Shown: positions 1 through 9,085 of the stretch, piece by piece
Layout: every line of letters begins with the position of its first letter
Numbering within the stretch: position 1 is the first letter of the stretch
Origin: Pseudocalidococcus azoricus BACA0444
GTDB taxonomy: Bacteria; Cyanobacteriota; Cyanobacteriia; Thermosynechococcales; Thermosynechococcaceae
NCBI RefSeq assembly: GCF_031729055.1
Contig: NZ_JAVMIP010000011.1
Coordinates: forward strand, 59,936 to 83,935
DNA: 24,000 bases
Direction: 5' to 3'
Program-made: the position numbers and the translations under genes
The notes under the pieces: generated by a model
What the model was told of the DNA's origin: nothing
Databases searched by the model: none
What the model saw: the letters and a program-made list of their open reading frames with translations, nothing else

Positions 1-130
1 AGAGGGCGAGATTTTCAGGCTGGGTAATCATAGTTAGCCTAGAGAGATATTGGGTTTGACGATAGGGGCTGGAATGGCTCGTGGGTTTAATAAAACTAAG
101 GTGCAGTGAGTTGATCGAATCGTTAGCAAC

Positions 131-2071
131 TTACTGATTTAAACTAAAGCGCAAAATAATATCATCAAAGTCAAAATCTCCTCCGCCAAGCAGATCTTCA
201 AACCCAATCACATTAGCTCCCCATTTAGTCCCGTGGCTGAGTCCATCTTGGTTGGCGGCTCCAAAGGTAAAATAAACTATTTTGGTTACACCATTGGCAT
301 CAAGTGCATTCACCTGCAAGAACGGTGCATATAACCCTCCACCCATAATATTGAAGGAAAAACTCTTGGTTTCCAGATTACCAATGGTTAGGGTGGAGCC
401 GGACGTTTGGAGACGGTTTGCGGTTGATAAGGCAGCTTCAGAATAACCTGCTTGGCCTGGAGCCAGAATAGTGCCCGTCAGGGGATCTAGGACACTACCA
501 TTGCTGTCCAACAGGCGATAAAAACCCATCGAGCTTTCAAACGCTGCTTCTCGACTATAGGAACCAGAAACCGTTACGGTTGTCCCTTGGGTGAAATTCC
601 TAGCATCAATTAAATCTATGGGAATGGGATGACTCAGGGGTAGAGCTAAATCCGTTGCCTCATCCGTAGCCGCAGCAAAAGACGCATAAAAATTCTTGCC
701 ATCGGGGTCAACATATTGATAGATCTGATGGCCTGTTGCCAAGTCTTTGACCGCTAAACCAAGATTGTTACCGATGGGAGTGCCACTGAAGGGGTTGCGC
801 ATAACTGGGCCATCCACCTCCACATAGGAGACATTGGAGTTTTGAGTCAGGTTATCTTGAACGTTGATGCTGTGGGGGCTACTGGGGACGGTAAAGGGGC
901 CAGGCGGGCCATTTTCAGGATCATTACCCGGCCCACCGGGGTTATAAACGGGTGAGTAATCTCCCGCGGAAGGCATTTCTACCCGTCTAATTTGCTGAAC
1001 TGCGGTCTCATCTCCGGCCAAAATAATGTCGTAATAGTTGTCGTGGTCTTCAATGTAAGTTAGATCGTAGGTATCTTGCACTGCGGCCAAGTCTGCTAAA
1101 CCCACAACACGCACAATGCCAAATCCAGGGATGTCATAATTAATGCCAGTTTGGGTGAGGTTTATCGTTTGTCCATTAATACCTTCCGCTTGGAGTCGAA
1201 AATAGCGTCCAAATTCTGTGGGCAATAAACTCGCAATACCATCCGGGGAAAATCCAGCACTGGTGTAAGTTCGTAAGCGAAATTGGGATTGGTTGCCGTA
1301 GAGGTCTGAGCCACTATTTTTTTGATTAGTTGCTAACCAAATGGGCGCGCCTTCGCCGAGGTCACTAAAACGGTTGAGTTTGGCAGCGATAATTTTGGGC
1401 CCATTACCTTCTACATAGGGATTGAGGCTGTCAATCGTCAACCCAACGGCACTAATTGGCCCATTTGGCCCCACCATTTCTAACGGCGTACTATCTAAAA
1501 TCGTTTTGACGGAGATGGGATAAATGGCACCTGGTTGGCCTGGGGTTAAACGATTGCCAAATTCGCCGGTAATCACAACAGTTTGTCGCTCGTTATATTC
1601 ACTATTGGGCAGAAAAGAAGCAATCGCCGGGGTGACAATAGTGCCAGTGTTGAGAATGACTTGAAAGTCGGTGGGGTTAACTGTCTTAGGTAATAGCGGC
1701 CATGTGAGTACAATCGGAATATTATCGTTTTTCTCTAGGTCAACTCCGTAAGTCCGCTGAACTGTATCGGTACTAATGGCCGATGTGTAAGCCCGTTGAA
1801 GAGTAGTAGTCAGGTTGCCGAGGTTATTCCAGGCCACATTGTTGTCAAAGGCAATTTGCTGGGAGGTGGCATCGGTACTATCCATACCTGGAATACCCAT
1901 GTAGCCCTCAAAGCCGTAATTGGCGGTAAATATCCCAGCTTGGACTGAAAATAAATCACTATTGAGCAGGATATTTGTATTCAGGGAGCTGCTCTGACCA
2001 GAAGTATTCAGACGATCGCTGACCAGATAGGTGAGTAAGCCATGTGCACGGGGGGTATATTGAATCGTCAT
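131..2071 (-). CDS. Large hypothetical (probably extracellular) protein with a C-terminal DUF4114 domain
   Basis: Uninterrupted 646-aa ORF. The C-terminus FGAANQDGLSHGTKWGANVIGFEDLLGGGDFDFDDIILRF matches the GFED..GGGD.DFND-hydrophobic signature of DUF4114 (PF13448) as I remember it. The preceding LDSNGSVLDPLTGTILAPGQAGYSEAAL segment is also typical of that domain. The N-terminal ~470 aa are not recognised, and I see no obvious signal peptide or TM helix. Confidence 0.7.
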   Translation of the reverse strand: MTIQYTPRAHGLLTYLVSDRLNTSGQSSSLNTNILLNSDLFSVQAGIFTANYGFEGYMGIPGMDSTDATSQQIAFDNNVAWNNLGNLTTTLQRAYTSAISTDTVQRTYGVDLEKNDNIPIVLTWPLLPKTVNPTDFQVILNTGTIVTPAIASFLPNSEYNERQTVVITGEFGNRLTPGQPGAIYPISVKTILDSTPLEMVGPNGPISAVGLTIDSLNPYVEGNGPKIIAAKLNRFSDLGEGAPIWLATNQKNSGSDLYGNQSQFRLRTYTSAGFSPDGIASLLPTEFGRYFRLQAEGINGQTINLTQTGINYDIPGFGIVRVVGLADLAAVQDTYDLTYIEDHDNYYDIILAGDETAVQQIRRVEMPSAGDYSPVYNPGGPGNDPENGPPGPFTVPSSPHSINVQDNLTQNSNVSYVEVDGPVMRNPFSGTPIGNNLGLAVKDLATGHQIYQYVDPDGKNFYASFAAATDEATDLALPLSHPIPIDLIDARNFTQGTTVTVSGSYSREAAFESSMGFYRLLDSNGSVLDPLTGTILAPGQAGYSEAALSTANRLQTSGSTLTIGNLETKSFSFNIMGGGLYAPFLQVNALDANGVTKIVYFTFGAANQDGLSHGTKWGANVIGFEDLLGGGDFDFDDIILRFSLNQ

Positions 2072-2221
2072 GATGGTTTAGGTTTTCTAACGATTTTCAG
2101 AGAGGCATTTTTAGCGGCTTTTCTAATTCCTGATGCTAAGGAGAGCTATAGAAATTCATCAAGATTTGACCCAGGCCCGGTGGTGTTTCCTCACCTGTAT
2201 TGGTAACACTAGTGGCATAGA

Positions 2222-4012
2222 TTAAATTTTGCTTGGTGTTCCCAGGCCAAAGGCCGCATGAATCGCTTGGAGGGCTGTGATCCCATCGGTTTCGGCGACC
2301 ACACAACTGACTCGAATTTCCGAGGTGGCAATCATTTGAATGTTAATCCCGGCCTGGGCCAAGGCCGCAAACATTTTCGCTGCAATCCCTGGCCGCCGAA
2401 TCATTCCGATCCCAACAATGCTAACTTTCGCCACATCAAGCAGGAGATCAATATCGCCACACCCCCAGGCTGGAGCGCGATCTTTCAAGATTCCATGGGC
2501 AATATCAGCATCCGCTTGGGCCACGGTAAAGGCAATATCGCGGGTCATTTGATGATTCACTGGCCGCGACCGCTGGGACTGAATGATCATATCTACACTC
2601 ACCCCGGCATCGGCTAAGGTCTGGAAAATTTGGGCAGCCATCCCCGGCAAATCGGGAACCTGACGCACGGCCAATTGGGCTTGCTGAATATCTAGGGCAA
2701 CACCGCGCACAGGAGGCTGATCCGCTGTGGTTTGGGGGTCAAATTCCGGTAAGGCAGTATGAACGTCAAAAGTATCCTGGAGTAATCGTACGGCTTTCGT
2801 GGCATCGGCTTGGCTCACGGTACAACTGACGTTTACTTCTGAGGTGGAGATCAGTTGTAGGTTAATCCCGGCCTGGGCGAGAGTCGAAAACATTTGCGCC
2901 GCCACCCCTGGCCGCCCAATCATTCCCGCGCCAATAATGCTGACTTTCGCAATACTGTCATCCACAAGCACTTCCGGGGCCTGGAGGGGGGATTGACCGG
3001 GATTGCTGGGGTTAAAGGCAGAAGCAACGGCCGCAGCAGGATTGAGACAAGCTTTTTGCACCGTAAAGGCAATATCATTGGTGGTCGCTTCATGGATGGA
3101 CTGAATAATTAAATCTACATCCAGGTTTTGCTGGGCTAATTCGCCAAACAAGCTTGCAGCAATTCCCGGTCGATCCGCCACCCGCAATAACGCCACCTTG
3201 GCCTGGTCTAAATCGAGGCGAACCCCATCTACCGGCTTACCCAGTTCTAAGTTTGCGGTTGGGGCTTTGGGGGCTATTGGGGAAATCACTTTTGTCCCCG
3301 GTTCATTGGTCCAACTGGAGCGCACCACCATCTGCACGCCGTAGTTCCGGGCAATTTCCACAGCGCGGGGATGGAGGACTTTGGCTCCCAAACTGGCCAA
3401 TTCCAGCATCTCGTCACAGGTAATTTCCGCCATCAGTTGGGCATCGGGAACCAGGCGCGGGTCAGTGGTTAAAATGCCTGGCACATCCGTATAAATTTCA
3501 CAGAGATCTGCTTCTAAGGCCGCTGCCAAGGCCACCGCTGAAGTATCCGAGCCACCCCGGCCCAAGGTTGTCACTTCTAAATCAGCACTGTTACTAATCC
3601 CTTGAAATCCAGCGACAACCACCACCTTGCCTTCGGACAAATGCCGTTTCAACCGCTCAGTGGAAATATCTAAAATCCGGGCCCGGGTGTGGGCTGTTTC
3701 GGTGGTGATGCCAACTTGGGCCCCAGTCAAGGAAATGGCATCCTGTCCCAGGGCTTGGAGGGCAATACTCAAAAGGGCAATGGAAACCTGCTCCCCGGTG
3801 GCCAACAGCATATCCAGTTCCCGGCAAGACGGATTGGGGCTTAGTTCATTGGCAAGTTTGACCAGGCCATCGGTTGTTTTCCCCATCGCCGACACCACGA
3901 CCACGACTTGATGCCCGGATTTGACCGTCTGAATGACTCGCTGGGCCACGGCCTGGATGCGCTCTACAGAACCAACGGAAGTACCGCCATATTTTTGAAC
4001 AATTAAACTCAT
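2222..4012 (-). CDS. lysC: Aspartate kinase with a duplicated ACT regulatory region
   Basis: N-terminus [14 protein letters not shown], plus [15 protein letters not shown] and [12 protein letters not shown] kinase motifs. Two consecutive copies of the ACT-pair region follow. I place the start at the ATG at 4012 ([10 protein letters not shown]) rather than the TTG at 4030 given by the ORF track. Confidence 0.95.
   Translation of the reverse strand: MSLIVQKYGGTSVGSVERIQAVAQRVIQTVKSGHQVVVVVSAMGKTTDGLVKLANELSPNPSCRELDMLLATGEQVSIALLSIALQALGQDAISLTGAQVGITTETAHTRARILDISTERLKRHLSEGKVVVVAGFQGISNSADLEVTTLGRGGSDTSAVALAAALEADLCEIYTDVPGILTTDPRLVPDAQLMAEITCDEMLELASLGAKVLHPRAVEIARNYGVQMVVRSSWTNEPGTKVISPIAPKAPTANLELGKPVDGVRLDLDQAKVALLRVADRPGIAASLFGELAQQNLDVDLIIQSIHEATTNDIAFTVQKACLNPAAAVASAFNPSNPGQSPLQAPEVLVDDSIAKVSIIGAGMIGRPGVAAQMFSTLAQAGINLQLISTSEVNVSCTVSQADATKAVRLLQDTFDVHTALPEFDPQTTADQPPVRGVALDIQQAQLAVRQVPDLPGMAAQIFQTLADAGVSVDMIIQSQRSRPVNHQMTRDIAFTVAQADADIAHGILKDRAPAWGCGDIDLLLDVAKVSIVGIGMIRRPGIAAKMFAALAQAGINIQMIATSEIRVSCVVAETDGITALQAIHAAFGLGTPSKI
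2342..2960. repeat. Intragenic tandem duplication inside lysC (ACT-pair module, offset 519 nt = 173 codons)
   Basis: gttaatcccggcctgggc is identical at 2342-2359 and 2861-2878. The following ~80 nt are clearly similar (..aacattt.cgc.gc.a.ccctggccgcc.aatcattcc...cc.a.aatgct.actttcgc.a). The antisense ORFs 2340-2552 and 2799-2996 translate to near-identical peptides ([30 protein letters not shown] and [30 protein letters not shown]). Confidence 0.85.
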
Positions 4013-4062
4013 AGGGGGTGCAGCAGACAAAAATGGGGAGTTATAGATTATTACAAGTGTTA

Positions 4063-4359
4063 TTAGACCTTATCAAAAAATGTCAACTTCACCAGGCCAC
4101 CCGTCAGCAACACAATTAAGGTGACAATGAAACTCCAGAGACGATTATCTGTAACCCGTTGCCGCTCTGACAGTTCATCTACTTTGTCACTAAGAGCTTT
4201 AAATTCAACCCGTAACTCATTGATTTCTGCTTTAACTTCAGCCCGCAGCGTATTAAACTGCTCATCAGTTCTGGCCTGGCTAACTTTAACTTCTAGGGTC
4301 AGGGCCTGAATCGCGTCTAAAATCTGTTTGGCTTCTGAAGCGGTTATAGACTCGCTCAT
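4063..4359 (-). CDS. Small tail-anchored coiled-coil membrane protein, function unknown
   Basis: ORF of ~98 aa. Residues ~10-70 are heptad-like and charged ([46 protein letters not shown]). A single C-terminal hydrophobic helix follows ([22 protein letters not shown]). The ATG at 4357-4359 is preceded by a strong Shine-Dalgarno sequence. The architecture recalls XhlA-like or DUF1640-like proteins, but I cannot assign a family. Confidence 0.6.
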   Translation of the reverse strand: MSESITASEAKQILDAIQALTLEVKVSQARTDEQFNTLRAEVKAEINELRVEFKALSDKVDELSERQRVTDNRLWSFIVTLIVLLTGGLVKLTFFDKV

Positions 4360-4365
4360 CAACGA

Positions 4366-4372
4366 CCTCCTT
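4366..4372 (-). promoter_or_regulatory. Shine-Dalgarno sequence AAGGAGG for the small coiled-coil gene
   Basis: The reverse complement of 4357-4376 reads ggaaAGGAGGtcgttgATG. The full AAGGAGG core lies 6 nt upstream of the ATG, unusually strong compared with other genes in this window. Confidence 0.55.
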
Positions 4373-4603
4373 TCCGTGATTACTCAGCAAAAGCCCTTCA
4401 CTGTTTCAAGATACCATTGACTAAAACTGGAATAGCTCATATCTCATCAGGATTTGACTCTTACACATACGCCAAAATAGTTCTGGCTCAGGATTATGGT
4501 TGGCCTTGATGATCGGTAATACTCATTATCAGTGGGTAAAACTTTATGGCAATCCGTTACTCCAGGCCAGAGATGGGTTTAACCAATTCCTTGCACTTGG
4601 AGA

Positions 4604-4885
4604 CTAATTAGTGGTTAAGGGAGTTTTCGGTACAATTTCCATTAACTCAAACCGATAGACTTCAATGACAGAATTAGCTAAGAGTTGATCGCAAATACTT
4701 TCCAGTTGGGTTTTGGCCTGAGCTTCATCCGTTGCTGTCAGTGATAGTTGAATAAATTTGCCAATTCGCACCTGCTCGACCCCACTGTAACCGAGGTGAT
4801 GGATACCTGCTTGCACGGCTACACCGGCCGGGTCTAGTACCGAGGGGCGTAAGGTGACATACACGTTGGCCTGGAATTGGGGCAT
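4604..4885 (-). CDS. purS: Phosphoribosylformylglycinamidine synthase subunit PurS
   Basis: ANVYVTLRPSVLDPAGVAVQAGIHHLGYSGVEQVRIGKFIQLSL..AQAKTQLESICDQLLANSVIEVYRFEL is the classic PurS pattern (V.LK.gVLDPqG.av...L..LGf..v..vR.GK.ie). The likely start is the ATG at 4885 (MPQFQANVYV), not the upstream start at 4912. Confidence 0.9.
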   Translation of the reverse strand: MPQFQANVYVTLRPSVLDPAGVAVQAGIHHLGYSGVEQVRIGKFIQLSLTATDEAQAKTQLESICDQLLANSVIEVYRFELMEIVPKTPLTTN

Positions 4886-4921
4886 AGAGCTAAAATCTCT
4901 TGAGAGCTTCAACCATCCAAT

Positions 4922-5878
4922 TTAGGCGTTCGGGGTATTCTCCAACAAGGCGCGCACCCCTTCCAATGTGGCCGGAATAGCTCGGGGATCCATAAACATC
5001 ACTTTGCTGCTGTCACTGTTGCCAATTTTCTCACCCATATCTAAATAGCCACGGGCCAAAAGAAACTGGAGGGCTTCCCGAGCTTGGGGATCTTCTCGCA
5101 ACGCCTTGGCCACCACTTTCATCGCTTCCGCAGTGCCTTGGGCCCGGAGAATTTGATCCTGTTGCTCGGCCTGGGCTTTGAGAATCACCACCTTTTGATC
5201 GGCTTCGGCCGCTAAAATCGAGGACTTTTTTTGAGCTTCTGCATCTAACACTTGGGCTTCCGCTTTCCCCCTAGCACTGTTAACCGCAGCTTCCCGTTCC
5301 CCTTCCGAGGTGAGGATGGCGGCCCGTTTGCGGCGTTCGGCGGTCATTTGCATTTCCATGGATTCTTGCACGGCCTTGGAGGGGACAATATCCCGCAACT
5401 CCACCCTTGTTACCTTCACTCCCCAGGGATCCGTGGCCACATCCAGTTCTTGCAAGAGCATTTCATTGACTTGAGAGCGGGCAGTGAAGGTTTCATCGAG
5501 TTCTAATTTCCCCATCTCAGAGCGGATTTGGGTTAAGACTAAGTTGATCATGGCCATTTTCAGATTTTCGACTTTGTAGTAGGCCCGCTCCATGTCCAAG
5601 ATGCGCCAATAGACCACGGCATCCACACTGATGGCTACATTGTCACGGGTAATGCACTGTTGGGGGGGAATATCGAGGACTTTTTCGCGAATCGTTTCTT
5701 GATAGACGACTTTATCTAAGACTGGGACGACAAAATTGAGACCGGGTTCTAACCGCCGACTGTAACTTCCCAGCCGCTCGACTAGGGCCATGTTGCTTTG
5801 ATTGATAATCCGGACAGTGCTGGCCACTCCCGATCCGCCTAAGGCTAACAGGATCAAAAACCCAAAGAATTCACCCAT
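4922..5878 (-). CDS. SPFH/band-7 (stomatin/prohibitin-like) membrane protein
   Basis: N-terminal TM helix ([12 protein letters not shown]), then [25 protein letters not shown]...[18 protein letters not shown]...[12 protein letters not shown] and an Ala/Glu/Gln-rich coiled-coil tail. This is the typical SPFH domain layout. Confidence 0.9.
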   Translation of the reverse strand: MGEFFGFLILLALGGSGVASTVRIINQSNMALVERLGSYSRRLEPGLNFVVPVLDKVVYQETIREKVLDIPPQQCITRDNVAISVDAVVYWRILDMERAYYKVENLKMAMINLVLTQIRSEMGKLELDETFTARSQVNEMLLQELDVATDPWGVKVTRVELRDIVPSKAVQESMEMQMTAERRKRAAILTSEGEREAAVNSARGKAEAQVLDAEAQKKSSILAAEADQKVVILKAQAEQQDQILRAQGTAEAMKVVAKALREDPQAREALQFLLARGYLDMGEKIGNSDSSKVMFMDPRAIPATLEGVRALLENTPNA

Positions 5879-6007
5879 TTTCTAACTCTCCCGCTTGTCG
5901 TGATGACCAGGCCCCTCCCCTTTGTTATAGTCTCTTGACCGAAGCCATGAATTAGATCATCAGGAAAAATTAATATTCTGCAAACAAGCTACAATCTCCT
6001 CCAGGGA

Positions 6008-7186
6008 ATGTATTATCCGTTCATGGTCAGTGATTTAGAGAGGGGCTATTGGCTGGCCTGGTCGCGGGTGACAGGTTTGGGGCCAGTGCTTCTGAAGCGA
6101 ATTTGGCAGCGGTTTGGTTCCATGGCCCAGGCCTGGGAGGCGGATTTAGACAGGATTGCCCAGGTGGAGGGAATTGGCCCTAAGGTGCTGGAGCAATTAA
6201 AAATCAATCGGACAAAAATAAATCCGGGTCAACTTCTAGAGCAACATCAGCAGAAAAATCCTCAGTTTTGGACTCTCTCCGACCCCGACTATCCCCGCAC
6301 CCTGGCCGAAATTCCCGATCCGCCACCAATCCTTTATTACAGTGGTCAAGCTCAACCCGCAGAAAATGCTGGGCAAATTCCGATGGTGGCCATGGTGGGG
6401 ACAAGGGAACCGACTGAATATGGCAAACGCTGGACAAGACGACTGGCTGAACTGTTGGGGCGACATGGGTTTGTAGTTGTTTCAGGGTTGGCAGAGGGGA
6501 TTGATACCCAGGCCCATTGGGGATGTTTAGAGGGGGGTGGCCGCACTATTGCTGTGTTGGGGACAGGGGTTGATTTAGTTTATCCGCCCCGCAATCGGGA
6601 GTTATTTGGAGAAATTATCAACCAAGGCCTGGTGGTGAGTGAATACCCGAGTCAAACCCCACCGGATCGGGCCCACTTTCCCCGCCGAAATCGGATTATT
6701 GCGGGCCTGTGTCGGGCAATTTTAATCATGGAAGCTCCGCGTAAATCTGGAGCTTTGATCACCGCTGACATGGCCAACGAATATGGGCGGGATATTTATG
6801 TTTTGCCCGGAATGCTTGATAACGACCAGGCCATCGGTTGCTTAAGTTTGCTCAATCGGGGGGCGCAGGTGATTTTGGGCGCAGGGCATTTACTGGAACT
6901 CTTGGGCCGGACTCCGATTCTGGATGCACCTAATTCTGCTTCTAGTCAGACCGCTAACCTAATCCCCAGGCCCCGGCTTGATCCCCAACTGGATCACGTT
7001 TTAGATCAGATTCTCCACCTCAACCAAGGCCAGGCCAGCGGGATTCCCTTTGATTTGATTGTCCAGGCCTGTGAACTTGACTCCGGATCTGTATCCAGCG
7101 CGCTCCTCCAACTTGAACTTTTAGGATTAGTGAGCCAACAGCCGGGAATGCGTTATCTAAATCTCTGTTCTGGGGGCCAACCCTAG
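6008..7186 (+). CDS. dprA: DNA-processing protein DprA (Smf)
   Basis: GTREPTEYGKRWTRRLAELLGRHGFVVVSGLAEGIDTQAH, VLGTGVDLVYPPRNRELF, SEYPSQTPPDRAHFPRRNRIIAGL, VMEAPRKSGALITA..A.EYGRDIYVLPG. These are canonical DprA Rossmann-domain motifs. Confidence 0.92.
   Translation: MYYPFMVSDLERGYWLAWSRVTGLGPVLLKRIWQRFGSMAQAWEADLDRIAQVEGIGPKVLEQLKINRTKINPGQLLEQHQQKNPQFWTLSDPDYPRTLAEIPDPPPILYYSGQAQPAENAGQIPMVAMVGTREPTEYGKRWTRRLAELLGRHGFVVVSGLAEGIDTQAHWGCLEGGGRTIAVLGTGVDLVYPPRNRELFGEIINQGLVVSEYPSQTPPDRAHFPRRNRIIAGLCRAILIMEAPRKSGALITADMANEYGRDIYVLPGMLDNDQAIGCLSLLNRGAQVILGAGHLLELLGRTPILDAPNSASSQTANLIPRPRLDPQLDHVLDQILHLNQGQASGIPFDLIVQACELDSGSVSSALLQLELLGLVSQQPGMRYLNLCSGGQP
6127..6136. repeat. Full decamer palindrome CCAGGCCTGG (two overlapping copies of the hyper-abundant heptamer)
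   Basis: Read directly: catggcCCAGGCCTGGgagg, inside dprA. Confidence 0.9.
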
Positions 7187-7271
7187 CATCAGAAAGTTTT
7201 GCCCCAAGGTGAGCTAGAGTATTGATTACCCCAACAACCTGAATCCTCAACCCGCTGAGTCGGGGAAGTTA

Positions 7272-7961
7272 ATGCACCAAACCTTTGACGCTGCTTTAGG
7301 GATAAATCTGCTCCATGCCAATCAAACCGGGGCGGATCATAATCGGGCCCATTTTGACCAGTGGGGAATCACCTGCTGCAACATCATGAGTAGCCCAGGG
7401 GCGGGGAAAACAAGTTTATTAGAAGCCACTTTGCAACACCTGAGCCTGAAACTGAAAATGGCCGTGATTGAAGGGGATATGACCACCGAGTTAGATGCAA
7501 ATCGTTTGCGCCAATATGGTGTGCCAGTGATTGCCATCAATACGGGGCGTTCCTGTCATTTAGATGCCCAAATGGTGGCCGGGGGGTTAGATCAGTTTTC
7601 TGAACATTACCATCCCGCTGATTTTGACTTGGTGTTAGTGGAAAATGTCGGTAATTTGGTCTGTCCGGCGGAGTTTGAAGTTGGTGAGCATTACAAGGTG
7701 GCCTTACTGAGTGTGACGGAAGGAGAAGATAAACCCCTCAAATATCCGATCATGTTTCGGGAGGCGGATTGTTTACTGATTACGAAAACGGATTTAGCTC
7801 CCTATGTGGATGCAGATTTAGAAAGAATTATCAGTAATGTCCGAGAAATTAACCCGGATGTTGCGATTTTTCCCGTATCTGCCAAGACTGGAGCCGGCCT
7901 GGGAGATTGGTTTGGGTGGTTAGAACAAGTTGCCCCTCGACCAGTTTTATCTAAGTCATAG
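7272..7961 (+). CDS. hypB: Hydrogenase nickel-incorporation GTPase HypB
   Basis: P-loop [74 protein letters not shown]. Together these form the HypB (SIMIBI GTPase) signature. No N-terminal CxxCGC or His-rich nickel-storage stretch. Confidence 0.9.
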   Translation: MHQTFDAALGINLLHANQTGADHNRAHFDQWGITCCNIMSSPGAGKTSLLEATLQHLSLKLKMAVIEGDMTTELDANRLRQYGVPVIAINTGRSCHLDAQMVAGGLDQFSEHYHPADFDLVLVENVGNLVCPAEFEVGEHYKVALLSVTEGEDKPLKYPIMFREADCLLITKTDLAPYVDADLERIISNVREINPDVAIFPVSAKTGAGLGDWFGWLEQVAPRPVLSKS

Positions 7962-8061
7962 ACAGCTTTGGCACGGCCTAATTTACGCAAATAATGATTG
8001 ATTGAAATGAAGCCATTGTCATTTTTAAGGTGCGTTGGTTCTGATTGGGACTTTTTCTAGC

Positions 8062-8805
8062 CTAGCGAACATCCTGATAAAATTTTTTCAAGGTATTGGC
8101 AGACACTCCCAGGCCCCAGAGAACCCCAATTCCTAGATAAATTCCCGTTGCTTTCCAGGCCCCCCAAGCTGCCACCCGCCGATCTGATGACACCACGATT
8201 CGATTCACCTGTTTAATGGCACCAAATTGGGTGAGTTTTAAGCATAAATCGGCTTCTTCCATAATCGGTAAGGTTGGATCATAGCCCCCACAGGCCTGGA
8301 ATTGAGACCGCCGACAACAAATCACCTGATCCCCAAACAGCAGCCGTAACCCTCGCCACCAAAATAAATAAGGCCGAAATAAAAACGGAGCATAATAGGT
8401 TTTGAGATAGTTATGGAGCGAAATTCCCCAGCGTGTGATCTGACTCCCGGTCATCAGGGAAATAAAACCAATGCCAGCAATTTGAGGTTGGGCTAAAATT
8501 TCACAAATCACGGCCACTAAATCATCAGGAACGAGGGTGTCGGCATGGAGGAAACATAAATACTCTCCCTTGGCCTGGGCTGCCCCTAAATTCATTTGGA
8601 TGGATCGGCCGGGTTGGGGTGATGTGATTAATTTGAGATTTTTGAGATTGCTGGCCTGGGCAATATTTAGGGTTGCATCTTGACTGCCCCCATCGACAAT
8701 AATGATTTCTTCGGGAGTGGGATTCAGAATCGCTAAATGGTTGAGGGTGCGTTCAAGGGTTTTCGCTTCGTTTAAGGTGGGAATAATGATTGAAGTTCCA
8801 GGCAT
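8062..8805 (-). CDS. Family-2 glycosyltransferase of the TIGR04283 (arsenosugar-associated) type
   Basis: SIIIPTLNEAKTLERTL...IIIVDGGSQDAT...GRSIQMNLGA..A.G.YLCFLHADT...FGDQ...GGYDPTLPIMEEADLCLKL...VVSSDRR fits the GT2 DxD-type fold. It also fits my memory of the TIGR04283 subfamily that co-occurs with ArsS. Confidence 0.75.
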   Translation of the reverse strand: MPGTSIIIPTLNEAKTLERTLNHLAILNPTPEEIIIVDGGSQDATLNIAQASNLKNLKLITSPQPGRSIQMNLGAAQAKGEYLCFLHADTLVPDDLVAVICEILAQPQIAGIGFISLMTGSQITRWGISLHNYLKTYYAPFLFRPYLFWWRGLRLLFGDQVICCRRSQFQACGGYDPTLPIMEEADLCLKLTQFGAIKQVNRIVVSSDRRVAAWGAWKATGIYLGIGVLWGLGVSANTLKKFYQDVR

Positions 8806-8855
8806 AATGTATGGTCAGTTAACCTAAAATAAGCGTAATGCTTTCCAGATAAGAT

Positions 8856-9085
8856 ATGAGTTGTCATCACATCATTACCATAGAGCCTGATCAACGTGGG
8901 GGCAACCTTGGATTCGGCCCATGAGAATCACTGTTTATGATGTCTTAGGTTGGTTAGCTGTGGGGATGTCTCAGGCTGAAATTTTAGATGACTTTCCCGA
9001 GTTAACTGAAGCGGATATCAGCGCTTGCCGAGAATTTGCAGCCGATCGCGACCATCGCCTTGTTGCCTCAGCAGGTATTAGTTGA
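8856..9085 (+). pseudogene. DUF433 (COG2442) antitoxin-like gene, disrupted by a -1 frameshift
   Basis: Frame A from the ATG at 8856 reads MSCHHIITIEPDQRGGNLGFGP* (stop 8922-8924). Frame B (open from 8891) reads ..QPWIRPMRITVYDVLGWLAVGMSQAEILDDFPELTEADISACREFAADR..* (stop 9083-9085). Joined at the G5 run near 8897-8905, they reproduce the DUF433 pattern I.i.P....GkP.irG.Ri.V.dvl..l..G.s..eIl.dyP.Lt..di.aa..ya. The total length of 230 nt is one short of a multiple of 3. Confidence 0.75.

Noticed and set aside
1..32. Possible minus-strand gene start (ATG complement at 30-32, MITQPENLAL...) running off the left edge
   Set aside because: Only about 10 codons are visible, so it cannot be evaluated.
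2258..3911. Six plus-strand ORFs (2258-2617, 2340-2552, 2799-2996, 2894-3112, 3154-3423, 3627-3911)
   Set aside because: All lie antisense inside the strongly supported lysC gene and translate to low-complexity Pro/Arg/Trp-rich peptides. Their pairwise similarity only mirrors the lysC internal duplication.
4604..4885. purS not followed by purQ
   Set aside because: This is a gene-order variation only. purQ/purL can be elsewhere, so it is not evidence of anything unusual.
7962..8061. Possible bidirectional terminator between convergent hypB and the GT gene (AAATGA-n8-TCATTT followed by T's, about 8004-8030)
   Set aside because: The stem is only 6 A/U-rich base pairs, too weak to call an intrinsic terminator. 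No convincing GC-rich hairpin plus T-tract was found after any gene in the window.
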